A DNA stretch of 64,000 nucleotides, taken from assembly GCA_963845065.1 (NCBI GenBank), contig CAWJQQ010000002.1, forward strand, positions 96,001 to 160,000, read 5' to 3'. Below are positions 37,340 to 47,080 of the stretch, piece after piece. The notes below the pieces were generated by a model. The model was not told the DNA's origin and did not search any database. It worked only from the letters and a program-made list of their open reading frames with translations. Origin of the DNA: Nitrospirota bacterium (GTDB taxonomy: Bacteria > Nitrospirota > UBA9217). The stretch's first letter is position 1. Each line of letters opens with the position of its first letter. Both the position numbers and the translations under genes were made by a program.

Positions 37340-37477
37340 CTATCTGCGGTTCGTGGCCATGATCTTTTCGTTCAATTCAATGAGCTCAAGGATGCCGGTG
37401 CGGCCGACGCATCCCCTGCCCCGGAATTGGGGATCTCCATACTTCTCGATGATTTTACGTCCTTGCTGATACAGGCC
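37340..37477 (-). pseudogene. Possible remnant of a GspE/PilB-type ATPase C-terminus
   Basis: Start-less frame reading ...FRGRGCVGRTGILELIELNEKIM. Confidence 0.35.
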
Positions 37478-37630
37478 CGATGGCCGGCTCGTTAAAAAAA
37501 TCTCAGGCCTCTAAATATTATACACGGAAATCAATGCTCACAGCACACTCTTCTGTCCGCCTGCTCAAAAATAAAAGGCCCCCTCAGTTGGGGGGCCATT
37601 CTTAAATTTCCCAGTTCATAACCTTCGAAA

Positions 37631-37825
37631 CTACTTTTTTTCCGGCTGTGCCGGTGCAGGAGCAGGTGCAGGTGCCGGAGAAGTTGCCGGAGCCATTGCA
37701 GTGGGAGCAGGCGACGTTGCTACGGCAGGCTGAGCTGGTGCAGCCTCTTCTTTCTTTTGACAGCCAACCAGAGCCACGGTCGCAACAAATACGAGGGCCG
37801 ATATGATTACGAGGAATTTTTTCAA
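37631..37825 (-). CDS. Small Ala/Pro-rich lipoprotein
   Basis: AGGAGG RBS, signal peptide with lipobox LVGC, PA repeats, downstream GGCCCCC hairpin. Confidence 0.8.
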   Translation of the reverse strand: MKKFLVIISALVFVATVALVGCQKKEEAAPAQPAVATSPAPTAMAPATSPAPAPAPAPAQPEKK

Positions 37826-37940
37826 GAATGTTCACCTCCTTTCACGTTGAGATCAATAAAAATACAGGGACGCGCCCTGCAGGAAAAAACACCATATGTT
37901 CAATACCAGGTGATCAAAGCACCATGGAGGTGACACAACA

Positions 37941-38168
37941 TTACAATATCCTGGTTGCGACCGAGCGTGTTACAGTAAGTTCCCTGACTTTTTGTCCGAG
38001 CTTATCCTCAAGAACCAGCTGCTGTTCCTCACTGAGCCGAAGCCGGAAAACACGCAGTTTGTTCAGTGACCGCTTCGTAAGGTATATTTCGCGAAGCTCA
38101 AAACCGATCTGTTTTTTTATTTCCGCCATCTGCTGCGGTGTCAGTTCAAGCTTTACGATTTCGTCCAC
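37941..38168 (-). CDS. Hypothetical protein
   Basis: GGAGG RBS + GTG; internally repeated L-x-L-(T/S)-x-(Q/E)-Q unit. Confidence 0.6.
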   Translation of the reverse strand: MDEIVKLELTPQQMAEIKKQIGFELREIYLTKRSLNKLRVFRLRLSEEQQLVLEDKLGQKVRELTVTRSVATRIL

Positions 38169-38337
38169 AGGACAATACCTCCCGAAAATCAGTATAAGCT
38201 GACATTATAGGCTTGTCTATGGAGGATTTCAAGTTAATTTTGGGCCTCATATTCACTGTTGCGGCTTAACCGCGATGACTTGCTTAATCCCGAGAAATTC
38301 TGCCAATGAGCTCCGAATCCTACACTACTCGGATCAG

Positions 38338-40029
38338 TTACAGCTCCATGACCAGCTTCTTCTCAATTTTTGCCACCGCTTCCTCAACTTTGACCTTTTC
38401 CACGGCGCCGGTCTTGCGCTCTTTGATCTCCACCATATTATCCTTGAGATTTTTTTCACCGATGACGATGCGCCAGGGAATCCCGATGAGATCAGCGTCT
38501 TTGAACTTAACGCCGGCCCGTTCGTCCCGGTCGTCCATCAATACCTCGAATCCCTTCTCCTCCAGGGCTGTATACATCTCTTCGGCGACATCCATGGATT
38601 TCAGGTCTTTCACATTGACCGGCACAACGAGTATCTGGAACGGCGCGATTACAGGCGGCCAGATAATCCCGTTCTCGTCATTCCCCTGTTCAACGGCGGC
38701 GGCGGCGATGCGCGCCGGGCCGACGCCGTAGCTGCCCATGATAATCGGCTTCTCATTGCCTTGCTCGTCGAGATAGTTTGCTTTGAGCGGTACCGAGTAT
38801 TTGGTCCCCAGCTTAAAAATATTCCCCACCTCGATGACCCGTTCGACCCTGAGCGGCTTGCCGCATCGGGCGCAGGCGTCGCCTGATGCTGCTAAATGAA
38901 TGTCGGCAAACTCGGCATCGGCGTAGTGTTTGTCTGCGCTTACTCCCTTTACATGGTATCCTTCTCTGTTCGCTCCGGCGACGTACAACCCCTGCTTTAG
39001 AACCAGGTCTGCTATTTTCCTTACCTTGTGGCCCATGGGGCCGATAAAGCCCGCGGGCACACCGAGGACCGACCTTACCTCGTCCTTCTGTGCCGGACGG
39101 TGCGGGCCGGCAAGCTTTGCAAGTTTCTTTTCATGCAGCACCTGATCACCGCGCACTAAAGCGAGGACAGGGCCACTATCGCTCATGACGAGAATAGATT
39201 TGATCAGTTGCTCAGGTGTCACCTTCAGGAAACGGGTCACCTCGTCGATGGTCCGCCGTTCCGGTGTGGCCACCTCTTCAAAACCCCAATCCTGCGATTG
39301 GCTTGCTTTTGGCGTGGACAATGCCAGCTCAGTATTCGCTGCATATCCGCAGCCGTCGCAGAGCGCCACATCGTCTTCGCCAGACGCCGAAGGGGCCATG
39401 TACTCGTGGGCCATGGAGCCGCCCATCATGCCTGTATCGCTCTCGACCACGTAGAACCTGATGCCGCATCGGGCGTAGATCTTTTTGTACGCTTCGAGAT
39501 GGAGCTGGTAAGACTTGTCGAGCCCCTCTTCATCACGATCAAAACTATAGGAATCCTTCATCGTGAACTCACGCGTTCGCAGTATGCCGCTCTTGGGCCG
39601 TGCTTCGTCCCTGAGTTTCGTCTGGATCTGATACCAGATCTGCGGCAGGTCGCGGTAGGAGCGCAGATCGTGGGCTGCAAGCCATGTCATGGTCTCTTCA
39701 TGGGTCATGGCGAGGCACATATCGCGGCCTCCACGGTCCTTCAAGCGGAACATCTCGTCGCCGATGGCGTCCCACCTGCCTGTTTGCTGCCATACCTCGG
39801 AAGGATTCAATACCGGCATGGCCACTTCCTGGCCACCGATGGCATTCATCTCCTCACGGATGATCCGGTTGATCTTTTCCATCACCCGAATGCCTAGCGG
39901 CAGGTAAATATAGAGCCCAGCCGCGAGTTGCCGGACGAAACCGGCACGCACCATAAGCTTGTGAGACACTGCCTCCGCCTCGGCCGGCGCTTCTTTCAAG
40001 GTCGGGATAAATAAACGGGAAAAGCGCAT
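38338..40029 (-). CDS. proS: Proline--tRNA ligase
   Basis: SHKLMVRAG, THEE, RDEARP, REFTMKDSYSF and GNIFKLGTKYS. Confidence 0.97.
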   Translation of the reverse strand: MRFSRLFIPTLKEAPAEAEAVSHKLMVRAGFVRQLAAGLYIYLPLGIRVMEKINRIIREEMNAIGGQEVAMPVLNPSEVWQQTGRWDAIGDEMFRLKDRGGRDMCLAMTHEETMTWLAAHDLRSYRDLPQIWYQIQTKLRDEARPKSGILRTREFTMKDSYSFDRDEEGLDKSYQLHLEAYKKIYARCGIRFYVVESDTGMMGGSMAHEYMAPSASGEDDVALCDGCGYAANTELALSTPKASQSQDWGFEEVATPERRTIDEVTRFLKVTPEQLIKSILVMSDSGPVLALVRGDQVLHEKKLAKLAGPHRPAQKDEVRSVLGVPAGFIGPMGHKVRKIADLVLKQGLYVAGANREGYHVKGVSADKHYADAEFADIHLAASGDACARCGKPLRVERVIEVGNIFKLGTKYSVPLKANYLDEQGNEKPIIMGSYGVGPARIAAAAVEQGNDENGIIWPPVIAPFQILVVPVNVKDLKSMDVAEEMYTALEEKGFEVLMDDRDERAGVKFKDADLIGIPWRIVIGEKNLKDNMVEIKERKTGAVEKVKVEEAVAKIEKKLVMEL

Positions 40030-40114
40030 GAAACCTCCAGGAAACAGCAGATAGCAGGTCCTAGCCAGCATACAGGGGGCTTTCCTATAAGCCCAGCCCC
40101 TCTCTATCTGCTGC

Positions 40115-41200
40115 CTACTTTGAGTTAATTGTTTTTTTTGCCAATTCTTCCACTTCTTTTACCAAAACATCAGCAAGCTCTATCTCATCAAATTTTTTTA
40201 AGATCTCACCGTGCTTAAACAACAGTCCTACACCCTTGCCGCCCGCGATGCCGACGTCCGCCTCACGTGCTTCGCCCGGTCCATTCACGATGCACCCCAT
40301 GACAGCAACCGTGATCGGTTCTTTGATATGAGCGAGACGCTTTTCAACCTCCTGGGCAAGGCCGATAATATTGATCTCGGTCCTGCCACAGGTAGGGCAG
40401 GAAATAAGGTTCACGCCCCGCTGCCTGATCTTCAGTGATTTTAATATTTCGTATGACACCCGCACTTCCTCGACAGGATCCGCAGTCAAGGACACACGCA
40501 TCGTATCGCCTATGCCCTCGGCAAGGAGAATGCCGAGACCGACGCTCGACTTGATCGTTCCTGAAAAGAGCGTGCCTGCCTCGGAGATCCCGATGTGAAG
40601 CGGGTAATCGGATTTCTGCGAAAACAACCGGTAGGCCGCGACGGTGATCATGACGTCCGAAGCTTTAAGCGATACCTTGATGTCCCTAAAATTCAACTCT
40701 TCAAGGATACGGATGTGACCGAAGGCGCTCTCGACGATGGCCTCAGGCGTCGGATGGCCGTACTTTCCAAGGAGGTGCTTCTCGAGCGAGCCCGCATTCA
40801 CGCCGATGCGTATCGGGATGTTCCTGTCCTTGCAGGCCCGGACCACTTGGGAGACTTTATCCTTGCCGCCGATATTCCCGGGGTTGATCCTGAGCCCATC
40901 GATCCCCTGTTTTACTGCTTCGATCGCCAAACGGTAGTCGAAATGGATGTCGGCGATCAGTGGAATGCCAGTCCCTTTTTTGATTTTACCGATGGCTTTC
41001 GCAGCAACCTCATCGGGGACTGCAAGGCGGACAATCTCGCATCCCGCCTGCTCGAGCCTCTCGATCTGGGCAAGCGTCGCCTTGTGGTCGCGGGTGTCGG
41101 TATTGCACATAGACTGGACCGCGACAGGCGCACCGCCGCCAATCATTACGGCGCCGATGGATATTTGTTTAGTTTTTTTCCGGATAATTTCAGAATTCAT
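40115..41200 (-). CDS. ispG: 4-hydroxy-3-methylbut-2-en-1-yl diphosphate synthase
   Basis: VQSM, ADIHF, RINPGNIG, SCPTCGR and MGCIVNGPGE. Confidence 0.97.
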   Translation of the reverse strand: MNSEIIRKKTKQISIGAVMIGGGAPVAVQSMCNTDTRDHKATLAQIERLEQAGCEIVRLAVPDEVAAKAIGKIKKGTGIPLIADIHFDYRLAIEAVKQGIDGLRINPGNIGGKDKVSQVVRACKDRNIPIRIGVNAGSLEKHLLGKYGHPTPEAIVESAFGHIRILEELNFRDIKVSLKASDVMITVAAYRLFSQKSDYPLHIGISEAGTLFSGTIKSSVGLGILLAEGIGDTMRVSLTADPVEEVRVSYEILKSLKIRQRGVNLISCPTCGRTEINIIGLAQEVEKRLAHIKEPITVAVMGCIVNGPGEAREADVGIAGGKGVGLLFKHGEILKKFDEIELADVLVKEVEELAKKTINSK

Positions 41201-41282
41201 GTTTGGGGAAAAACCCTCAATCACATAGACTCAAAAGCCCGAGAAAATGTCCGTCCTTTGGTACCTTCAGAGCAACAAGTGT

Positions 41283-42566
41283 CTATTTACCGAAGAACAT
41301 CCTCATGATGTCATTGTACGATACCACGGCGATCAGCGTAATCAGAAGTCCGGCGCCGATGCTCTGCGACACTCCAATTACCTTCTGACTTACCGGCTTC
41401 CTGCGAATGGCCTCGATAACGAGGAACAATATCAGGCCGCCGTCGAGTACCGGGATCGGCATCAGGTTCAGGATGCCGAGTGAAATGCTGATCATGGCAA
41501 GGAGCGAGAGAAACGACGACAGTCCTGCCGCGGCAGCCTGACCGGACATTTGGGCAATCATCACGGGGCCGCCGAGGGTCTTGATCGACAGGCCGAAGGT
41601 AACCAGTTTCTTGAGGGTAATGAACGTGAGGTCGATCGACTCGAGGGTCTTGTCAAACCCGAGTTGAATGGATTCCATGAACCCGTACTTTTTGAAGACA
41701 AGGTTGAATACCGGCTCCACACCGATCACGAAGCGGCCGCCGTCCTCGATCGGCGTGACGTTTTTGTCGATGCGTTTGCCGCCTCGTTCGAGGGTGATGA
41801 TCAGATTCTTCCCCTTGCTGTCGCGCACGAGGGCCGAGAACTGGTTCCAATGATAGATCGTTTTGCCGTCCACGGCAAGGATCTTGTCGTTCATGGCGAT
41901 TCCTGCTTTTTCAGCGGGGAATCCCGGTTTTAACCTGCCGATCTCGGCGGGCATGTCCGGCACCAGCCCCGACATGCCGATCTTAAGTTCCGTTGCCATA
42001 ACGGGCCTCAGCGTCAACATTTTCTTTTGACCCTGCCGGTCGACGGTAATGCTCACGTCCGTATTGGGATTCAAGGCGATCAAAGACAGGGCCTTGGTCC
42101 AGTCGGTGATGGTCCGGCCGTTGATCTTCTCGATCACATCGCCTGCCATGAACCCGGCGCTCTGTGCCGGAGAGCCGGGCTCGACGTAGCCGACCTTAGC
42201 TGGTCCTTCCGAATAGGTACCGATCATGAACACAAGCGGCATGATGAGGAATGCAAGCGCAATGTTTGTGAGCGGGCCCGTTACCGCGATCTTTATACGC
42301 TGCCAAACGGTCTTCGACTGGAATTCGTCCGCAGCGCCCGTCGGCACTTCGTCGGGGTTCTCACCGGCCATCTTCACGTACCCGCCGAGCGGCAGCGCGG
42401 ACAGGATATACTCCGTATCGCCCTTCTTGTAACCAAAGAGCTTGGGGCCCATACCGAGTGAGAATTTTTCGATTCTGACCCCTGCACGCTTAGCCATGAT
42501 AAAGTGACCGAACTCGTGCACGAACACGAGAATTCCGATCACGATGAGAAAGTAAATTAATGTCAT
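41283..42566 (-). CDS. rseP: RIP metalloprotease RseP
   Basis: HEFGH, two PDZ domains and NLMPIPVLDGG. Confidence 0.95.
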   Translation of the reverse strand: MTLIYFLIVIGILVFVHEFGHFIMAKRAGVRIEKFSLGMGPKLFGYKKGDTEYILSALPLGGYVKMAGENPDEVPTGAADEFQSKTVWQRIKIAVTGPLTNIALAFLIMPLVFMIGTYSEGPAKVGYVEPGSPAQSAGFMAGDVIEKINGRTITDWTKALSLIALNPNTDVSITVDRQGQKKMLTLRPVMATELKIGMSGLVPDMPAEIGRLKPGFPAEKAGIAMNDKILAVDGKTIYHWNQFSALVRDSKGKNLIITLERGGKRIDKNVTPIEDGGRFVIGVEPVFNLVFKKYGFMESIQLGFDKTLESIDLTFITLKKLVTFGLSIKTLGGPVMIAQMSGQAAAAGLSSFLSLLAMISISLGILNLMPIPVLDGGLILFLVIEAIRRKPVSQKVIGVSQSIGAGLLITLIAVVSYNDIMRMFFGK

Positions 42567-42586
42567 GTTGACTCCTTAATAATTTA

Positions 42587-43614
42587 TGTGGGTGGCTGAT
42601 TGACTCAAGTACCCCCAACCTGTAGTATGTATTCATGATTAAAGCCACTCCCAAGAGTCCGTATCCTAGAACCTTTGAGGAGTTTCTTGATTGGTTCGAA
42701 AGCGAAGAGGATTGTCTGCACTACCTTGAATGGGTGCGTTGGCCTAGTGGGTTTGTTTGTCCGCGATGTTCGGGTCAGAAAGCCTGGCGTACAGATCGCG
42801 GTTTGTGGCATTGTAGTGGCTGTCAAATGCAGACTTCGGTTACGGTCGGGACGGTATTTGAAGGTACGCGTAAACCATTGCGCCTGTGGTTTCATGTTAT
42901 GTGGATGATGATGGCACAAAAAACCGGTTTGAGCGCTCGAAATCTCTGTGACACTTATGGGTTCGGAAGCTACCAGACCGCTTGGGGCTGGTTGCAAAAG
43001 TTGCGTAGCGTAATGATTCGCAGTGGTCGTGAACGATTGTGTAGTCGTGTTGAAGTGGATGAGACTTACATTGGCGGACAGAAAGAGGGTGCGCGTGGAC
43101 GAGGTGCGGCGAGCAAAACCATGGTTCTTGTTGCAGTGGAAGGAAATGCTGATAAGCTGGGACGTGTACGTTTTCGATGTGTGAGCACTGCTGACGCAAA
43201 CAGCATTGAGTCCTTTGTCGGGGACTATGTCGAACCCGGTACGGTAGTAGTCACCGATGGATTGCCTTCCTACAATGGCATGAAAGCCGCAGGGTTCGAT
43301 CATCGCGCCCATGTTATAGCAGCGGGCGGCGATGCAGCACGAGAACATCTTTATCATGTTCACCTCGTTATCTCACTCGTGAAACGATGGCTGGTTGGCA
43401 CCCATCAAGGTGCAGTGACACCAGCCCATCTTCAGTCATACTTGGATGAGTTTGCCTTTCGCTTCAACCGTCGTCTTTCCACTCATCGCGGCAAACTCTT
43501 TCATCGGTTGATCCAACAATCTGTGACTACACGGCCACCAGCAGTCAAAGCGCTATATGTCAAGAAACAAAACAACAACCTGTAGTGGTTACTTGATTAA
43601 GTCAGCCACCCACA
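42587..43614 (+). mobile_element. IS1595-family insertion sequence
   Basis: IRs TGTGGGTGGCTGA...TCAAGTA and TACTTGA...TCAGCCACCCACA; 8-bp target duplication ATAATTTA at 42579-42586 and 43615-43622. Confidence 0.92.
42635..43585 (+). CDS. IS1595-family transposase
   Basis: Zn-ribbon CPRC...CSGC, VEVDETYIGG, VTDG and YLDEFAFRFNRR. Confidence 0.93.
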   Translation: MIKATPKSPYPRTFEEFLDWFESEEDCLHYLEWVRWPSGFVCPRCSGQKAWRTDRGLWHCSGCQMQTSVTVGTVFEGTRKPLRLWFHVMWMMMAQKTGLSARNLCDTYGFGSYQTAWGWLQKLRSVMIRSGRERLCSRVEVDETYIGGQKEGARGRGAASKTMVLVAVEGNADKLGRVRFRCVSTADANSIESFVGDYVEPGTVVVTDGLPSYNGMKAAGFDHRAHVIAAGGDAAREHLYHVHLVISLVKRWLVGTHQGAVTPAHLQSYLDEFAFRFNRRLSTHRGKLFHRLIQQSVTTRPPAVKALYVKKQNNNL

Positions 43615-43724
43615 ATAATTTATGACCACTGATGAGCACTGCTTAAGACCTTTGATTCTGAACTTCGCGGGAATGACTTCTTAACCCACACGTCTCATTC
43701 CACAATTCGCTATTTCTTTTTGCA

Positions 43725-44897
43725 CTACGTCCGCTGGCACTTGGCCGCGGACCCGATTATTCTTTCCGCTTCCTCCCTCGCCCAGAGGTCCGCTACGAGC
43801 GCGTCCTCAATTGTCTTGATGGAGGTAGGAGTATGTGCTTCCATCGCGGCATTGATCACGCCCGCAATGGCGCCGTATTCGATCTTCTCATCCAGAAAAT
43901 ATTTGACTGCAACCTCGTTCGCCGCAGATACGACAGCCGGCATGGTGCCTCCTGTTTTCAGCGCTTCGAAGGCATAGGCAAGACAGGGGAAACGGTCCGT
44001 GTCCGGTTCTTCAAACGTGAGAGTCCCGATCTTTGCCAGGTCGAGAGCCGGTGAAACGTCCGCAAGCCGCTCAGGATACGACAATGCGTAGGCGATCGGC
44101 CCCCTCATGTCCGGCATACCAAGTTGCGCAACAACCGCGCCGTCCCGATATTCCACCATGGAATGAACAATGCTTTGCGGATGGACCACCACTTCGATCT
44201 TGTCCTGGTGGATGTTGAAAAGCCACCGTGCTTCAATCACTTCGAGCCCTTTGTTCATGAGCGTCGCCGAATCGATGGTGATCTTCCTGCCCATACTCCA
44301 GTTCGGGTGCTTGAGTGCCTGTGCCAGCGTTACCTTCTTAAGGTCTTTTTTGGAAATAGCCCGAAAGGGCCCTCCCGACGCGGTGATGATCAATTTCCGG
44401 ATATCATTGTTCGCACCCGCCTGCAGGCACTGGAAGATAGCGCTGTGTTCGCTGTCCACCGGGAAGATGCCGACCCCGCGGGAACGGGACTCGGCCATGA
44501 CGAGTTCGCCTGCCGTAACGAGGACTTCCTTGTTCGCCAGTGCGATATTTTTGCCTGCGCGGATCGCAGCCATCGTCGGCACGAGACCGGCTGTCCCAAC
44601 GATGGCCGAGACGGTGATGTCCGCGTCATCGGTGGCAGCGACCCGGACCATGCCTTCGACGCCAGAGAAAATGCTTACCTTCAGATCCTTGCATCTCGCC
44701 TTCAGGAGTTCGGCGGATTTTTCTCCTGCAACAGCGACAACTGTCGGTTTAAAGTATCGTACCTGTTTCTCCAGGAGCGCTATGTTATTGCCCGCAGCAA
44801 GCGCAACTATCTTGAAACGGTCCGGAAATTGTGAAACGACGGAGAGCGTAGACTGCCCGATCGAGCCCGTGGAGCCAAGTATGGAAATTTTCTTCAA
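43725..44897 (-). CDS. dxr: 1-deoxy-D-xylulose-5-phosphate reductoisomerase
   Basis: LGSTGSIG, LANKE, PVDSEH, HPNWSMG and NKGLE. Confidence 0.97.
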   Translation of the reverse strand: MKKISILGSTGSIGQSTLSVVSQFPDRFKIVALAAGNNIALLEKQVRYFKPTVVAVAGEKSAELLKARCKDLKVSIFSGVEGMVRVAATDDADITVSAIVGTAGLVPTMAAIRAGKNIALANKEVLVTAGELVMAESRSRGVGIFPVDSEHSAIFQCLQAGANNDIRKLIITASGGPFRAISKKDLKKVTLAQALKHPNWSMGRKITIDSATLMNKGLEVIEARWLFNIHQDKIEVVVHPQSIVHSMVEYRDGAVVAQLGMPDMRGPIAYALSYPERLADVSPALDLAKIGTLTFEEPDTDRFPCLAYAFEALKTGGTMPAVVSAANEVAVKYFLDEKIEYGAIAGVINAAMEAHTPTSIKTIEDALVADLWAREEAERIIGSAAKCQRT

Positions 44898-44922
44898 GCT
44901 CTTACTCTCCGCCGTCGTTTAT

Positions 44923-45307
44923 TGTGCCTGACCAAGAAGATCCCCACCAAACTACCTTTTGGTCGGAGATGAATTGGTGCTTTTTGCTATCCATCGGCAA
45001 CTGCACACTTGATAACCACAACAATTTGCTAAAATAGGGAATCAGTTCTTTGACAATCAGTATGGAGTTGGCACCAGTATTTGTGAGGTATCGTAAGACT
45101 GATTCCCATATCGCAACATGACTAATCTGAGTTCATATGGGTTCTAAGATAGTATCTTAGAACGGTACGTACAACATGTAAATCACAACCGAGTTTACGA
45201 GAGGAAACTTTCGTAAGTGACACTGCATCTTTCAAACGTTTGGCTATCCCTGACAAGGAACCATCTTCTTAGAACCGCAACCGCTATTTGGTTGCGGAAG
45301 CATTCAC
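44923..45307 (+). mobile_element. Non-coding IS200/IS605 mini-element carrying a structured omega-RNA-like sequence
   Basis: Left end TTAT|14 nt-AAGA-hairpin-TGAATTGGT; right-end hairpin CCGCAACC/GGTTGCGG followed by AAGCAT-TCAC|; internal promoter and several stems; no credible ORF. Confidence 0.7.
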
Positions 45308-46104
45308 CGTATCCTAAGATAATAATACAGCACCGGTGCGGCAAAGAGCATGCTGTCCATGCGGTCCAGAATACCACCGTGCCCGGGGATCAAGCCGCCT
45401 GAGTCCTTGACGCCGGCCGAACGCTTGAGCAGGGACTCCACGAGATCGCCGATGGTCCCGCTCACCGCCAGCGTCAGAGCGATTATGACCGCTTCCGGCA
45501 TGCTGATCGGCGGCATGAACCAGACCCGGCACAGAAGGGCCATGCCCGCTGATGCTGCAAGAGCGCCTGCTAAACCTTCCAGGCTTTTCTTGGGGCTCAC
45601 TTTTTCGTAGAGCCGGTGCTTGCCGAAGGGGATGCCGATTGAATAGGCGCCGATGTCCGTTGCCCAAATGATAAAATACAGGAACACCAGCCACTGTTTC
45701 CCGTCAGGGCCGGTCCGAATGGCAACCTGAAAGGCGAACAGCATGGCCACATAAAACACGCCAAGGAACGTCGATGCGATGTCTTCCAGTGCACCGTCAA
45801 CCGGGCGGGCCGAAAACAGTCTGGCGATCATGATGACGAGCATGCTTAAGGCGACGGGAAAAATCGTTCCCACGTGGGGATGCAGAGGACGATAAAAAGA
45901 CAGCAGTACGAGAGCTCCGAGCGCCATCCCAATCAGCGAAAGAGGTTGATATCCGCGCGCCCTCGCCATACGGTAAAATTCGTGTTGTCCCACCAGTACA
46001 GCAGCAAGGACCAGCGCCGTGAAATACACCGGCGGGAGTTCCCAAGCGACCAGGTAAAAGATGGGGAGAAAAAGAAGCCCGGAGATCACCCTCGTTCGCA
46101 GCAT
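45304..46104 (-). CDS. cdsA: Phosphatidate cytidylyltransferase
   Basis: SPKKSLEG and KDSGGLIPGHGGILDRMDS. Confidence 0.96.
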   Translation of the reverse strand: MLRTRVISGLLFLPIFYLVAWELPPVYFTALVLAAVLVGQHEFYRMARARGYQPLSLIGMALGALVLLSFYRPLHPHVGTIFPVALSMLVIMIARLFSARPVDGALEDIASTFLGVFYVAMLFAFQVAIRTGPDGKQWLVFLYFIIWATDIGAYSIGIPFGKHRLYEKVSPKKSLEGLAGALAASAGMALLCRVWFMPPISMPEAVIIALTLAVSGTIGDLVESLLKRSAGVKDSGGLIPGHGGILDRMDSMLFAAPVLYYYLRIR

Positions 46105-46225
46105 GCCTAGTCTCCATCAAGATATATTTACACTGCAAAGCGGATAGAAAATATTGACAGGCTGGAGGTATTCCGGCCAGAAAAAAACATTCTCCCCATC
46201 CGACGTATACTGCCCCGTTCTGCGT

Positions 46226-47035
46226 TCAGCGTAAGCGGATCCCTGCGGATCCGCTATTTTTTTGCACGAGCTGCTCCTGGGTGAGCCCGAACCTGCGTTG
46301 CCGGCCCTGGTAGTCGATGAGCGCCTCAAGCAGGTTCCCTTCTTCGAAATCCGGCCACAGGGTGTCGGTAAAATACAACTCGGCATAGGCGGCCTGCCAG
46401 AGTAGGAAATTGCTGATCCTCTTTTCGCCGCTGGTACGGATAATCAGGTCCGGGTCCGGTAATCCCGCGGTATCGAGGTATGAGGCAAAAACCTCTTCGG
46501 TCAACGGCTCCGCCGCTCCACCCACGGCCACGCTCCGTTTGATCGCTTCAAGAATTTCGCCGCGGCCTCCATAGGACAGAGCAAGGTTCAGGATCAGCCC
46601 GGTATTGGCTGCCGTCTCTCGCATGGCCTTTTCGACCCAGGATTGCACCGCTGACGGGAGCCGTTCTGTTCTCCCGATGGTGCGGAACTTGATGCCGTTC
46701 GCTTTCATGGTTGCGATTTCAGCCCTGAGGAACGACCCGAGCATGTCCATGAGGAAGCCTATTTCCTGTTTTGGCCTCCCCCAGTTTTCATCGGAAAAAG
46801 CGTAGAGAGTGAGGACCGAAACCCCCAACTGACGGCAAACTTCAGTAATGCGGCGCACTTTCTCAGCGCCCCGTTTGTGGCCCGCGACCCTCGGAAGGCC
46901 CCTGCGCAGCGCCCACCTCCCGTTTCCATCCATGATAATTGCGATATGCCGCGGGAGACCGGAAGGGTCAAGTCGTGCCCGCATCTCGTCGAGCGTCTGC
47001 ATTTCCTTTGTCTTCTTATTATTCTTTTCGCTCAT
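46226..47035 (-). CDS. uppS: Undecaprenyl diphosphate synthase
   Basis: HIAIIMDGNGRWA, YAFSDENW and IRTSGEKRISNFLLWQ; start uncertain (up to 47080). Confidence 0.95.
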   Translation of the reverse strand: MSEKNNKKTKEMQTLDEMRARLDPSGLPRHIAIIMDGNGRWALRRGLPRVAGHKRGAEKVRRITEVCRQLGVSVLTLYAFSDENWGRPKQEIGFLMDMLGSFLRAEIATMKANGIKFRTIGRTERLPSAVQSWVEKAMRETAANTGLILNLALSYGGRGEILEAIKRSVAVGGAAEPLTEEVFASYLDTAGLPDPDLIIRTSGEKRISNFLLWQAAYAELYFTDTLWPDFEEGNLLEALIDYQGRQRRFGLTQEQLVQKNSGSAGIRLR

Positions 47036-47080
47036 GTCTCGTTCCGTCCGTATATTCTCATCAAAGAGTAATATTCTCAA

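Noticed and set aside
42605..43363. 252-aa minus-strand ORF inside IS1595
   Set aside because: Antisense shadow of the transposase, with no recognisable motifs.
43650..43680. REP-like TTCGCGGGAATGAC word
   Set aside because: Single degenerate half-site with no partner in the window.
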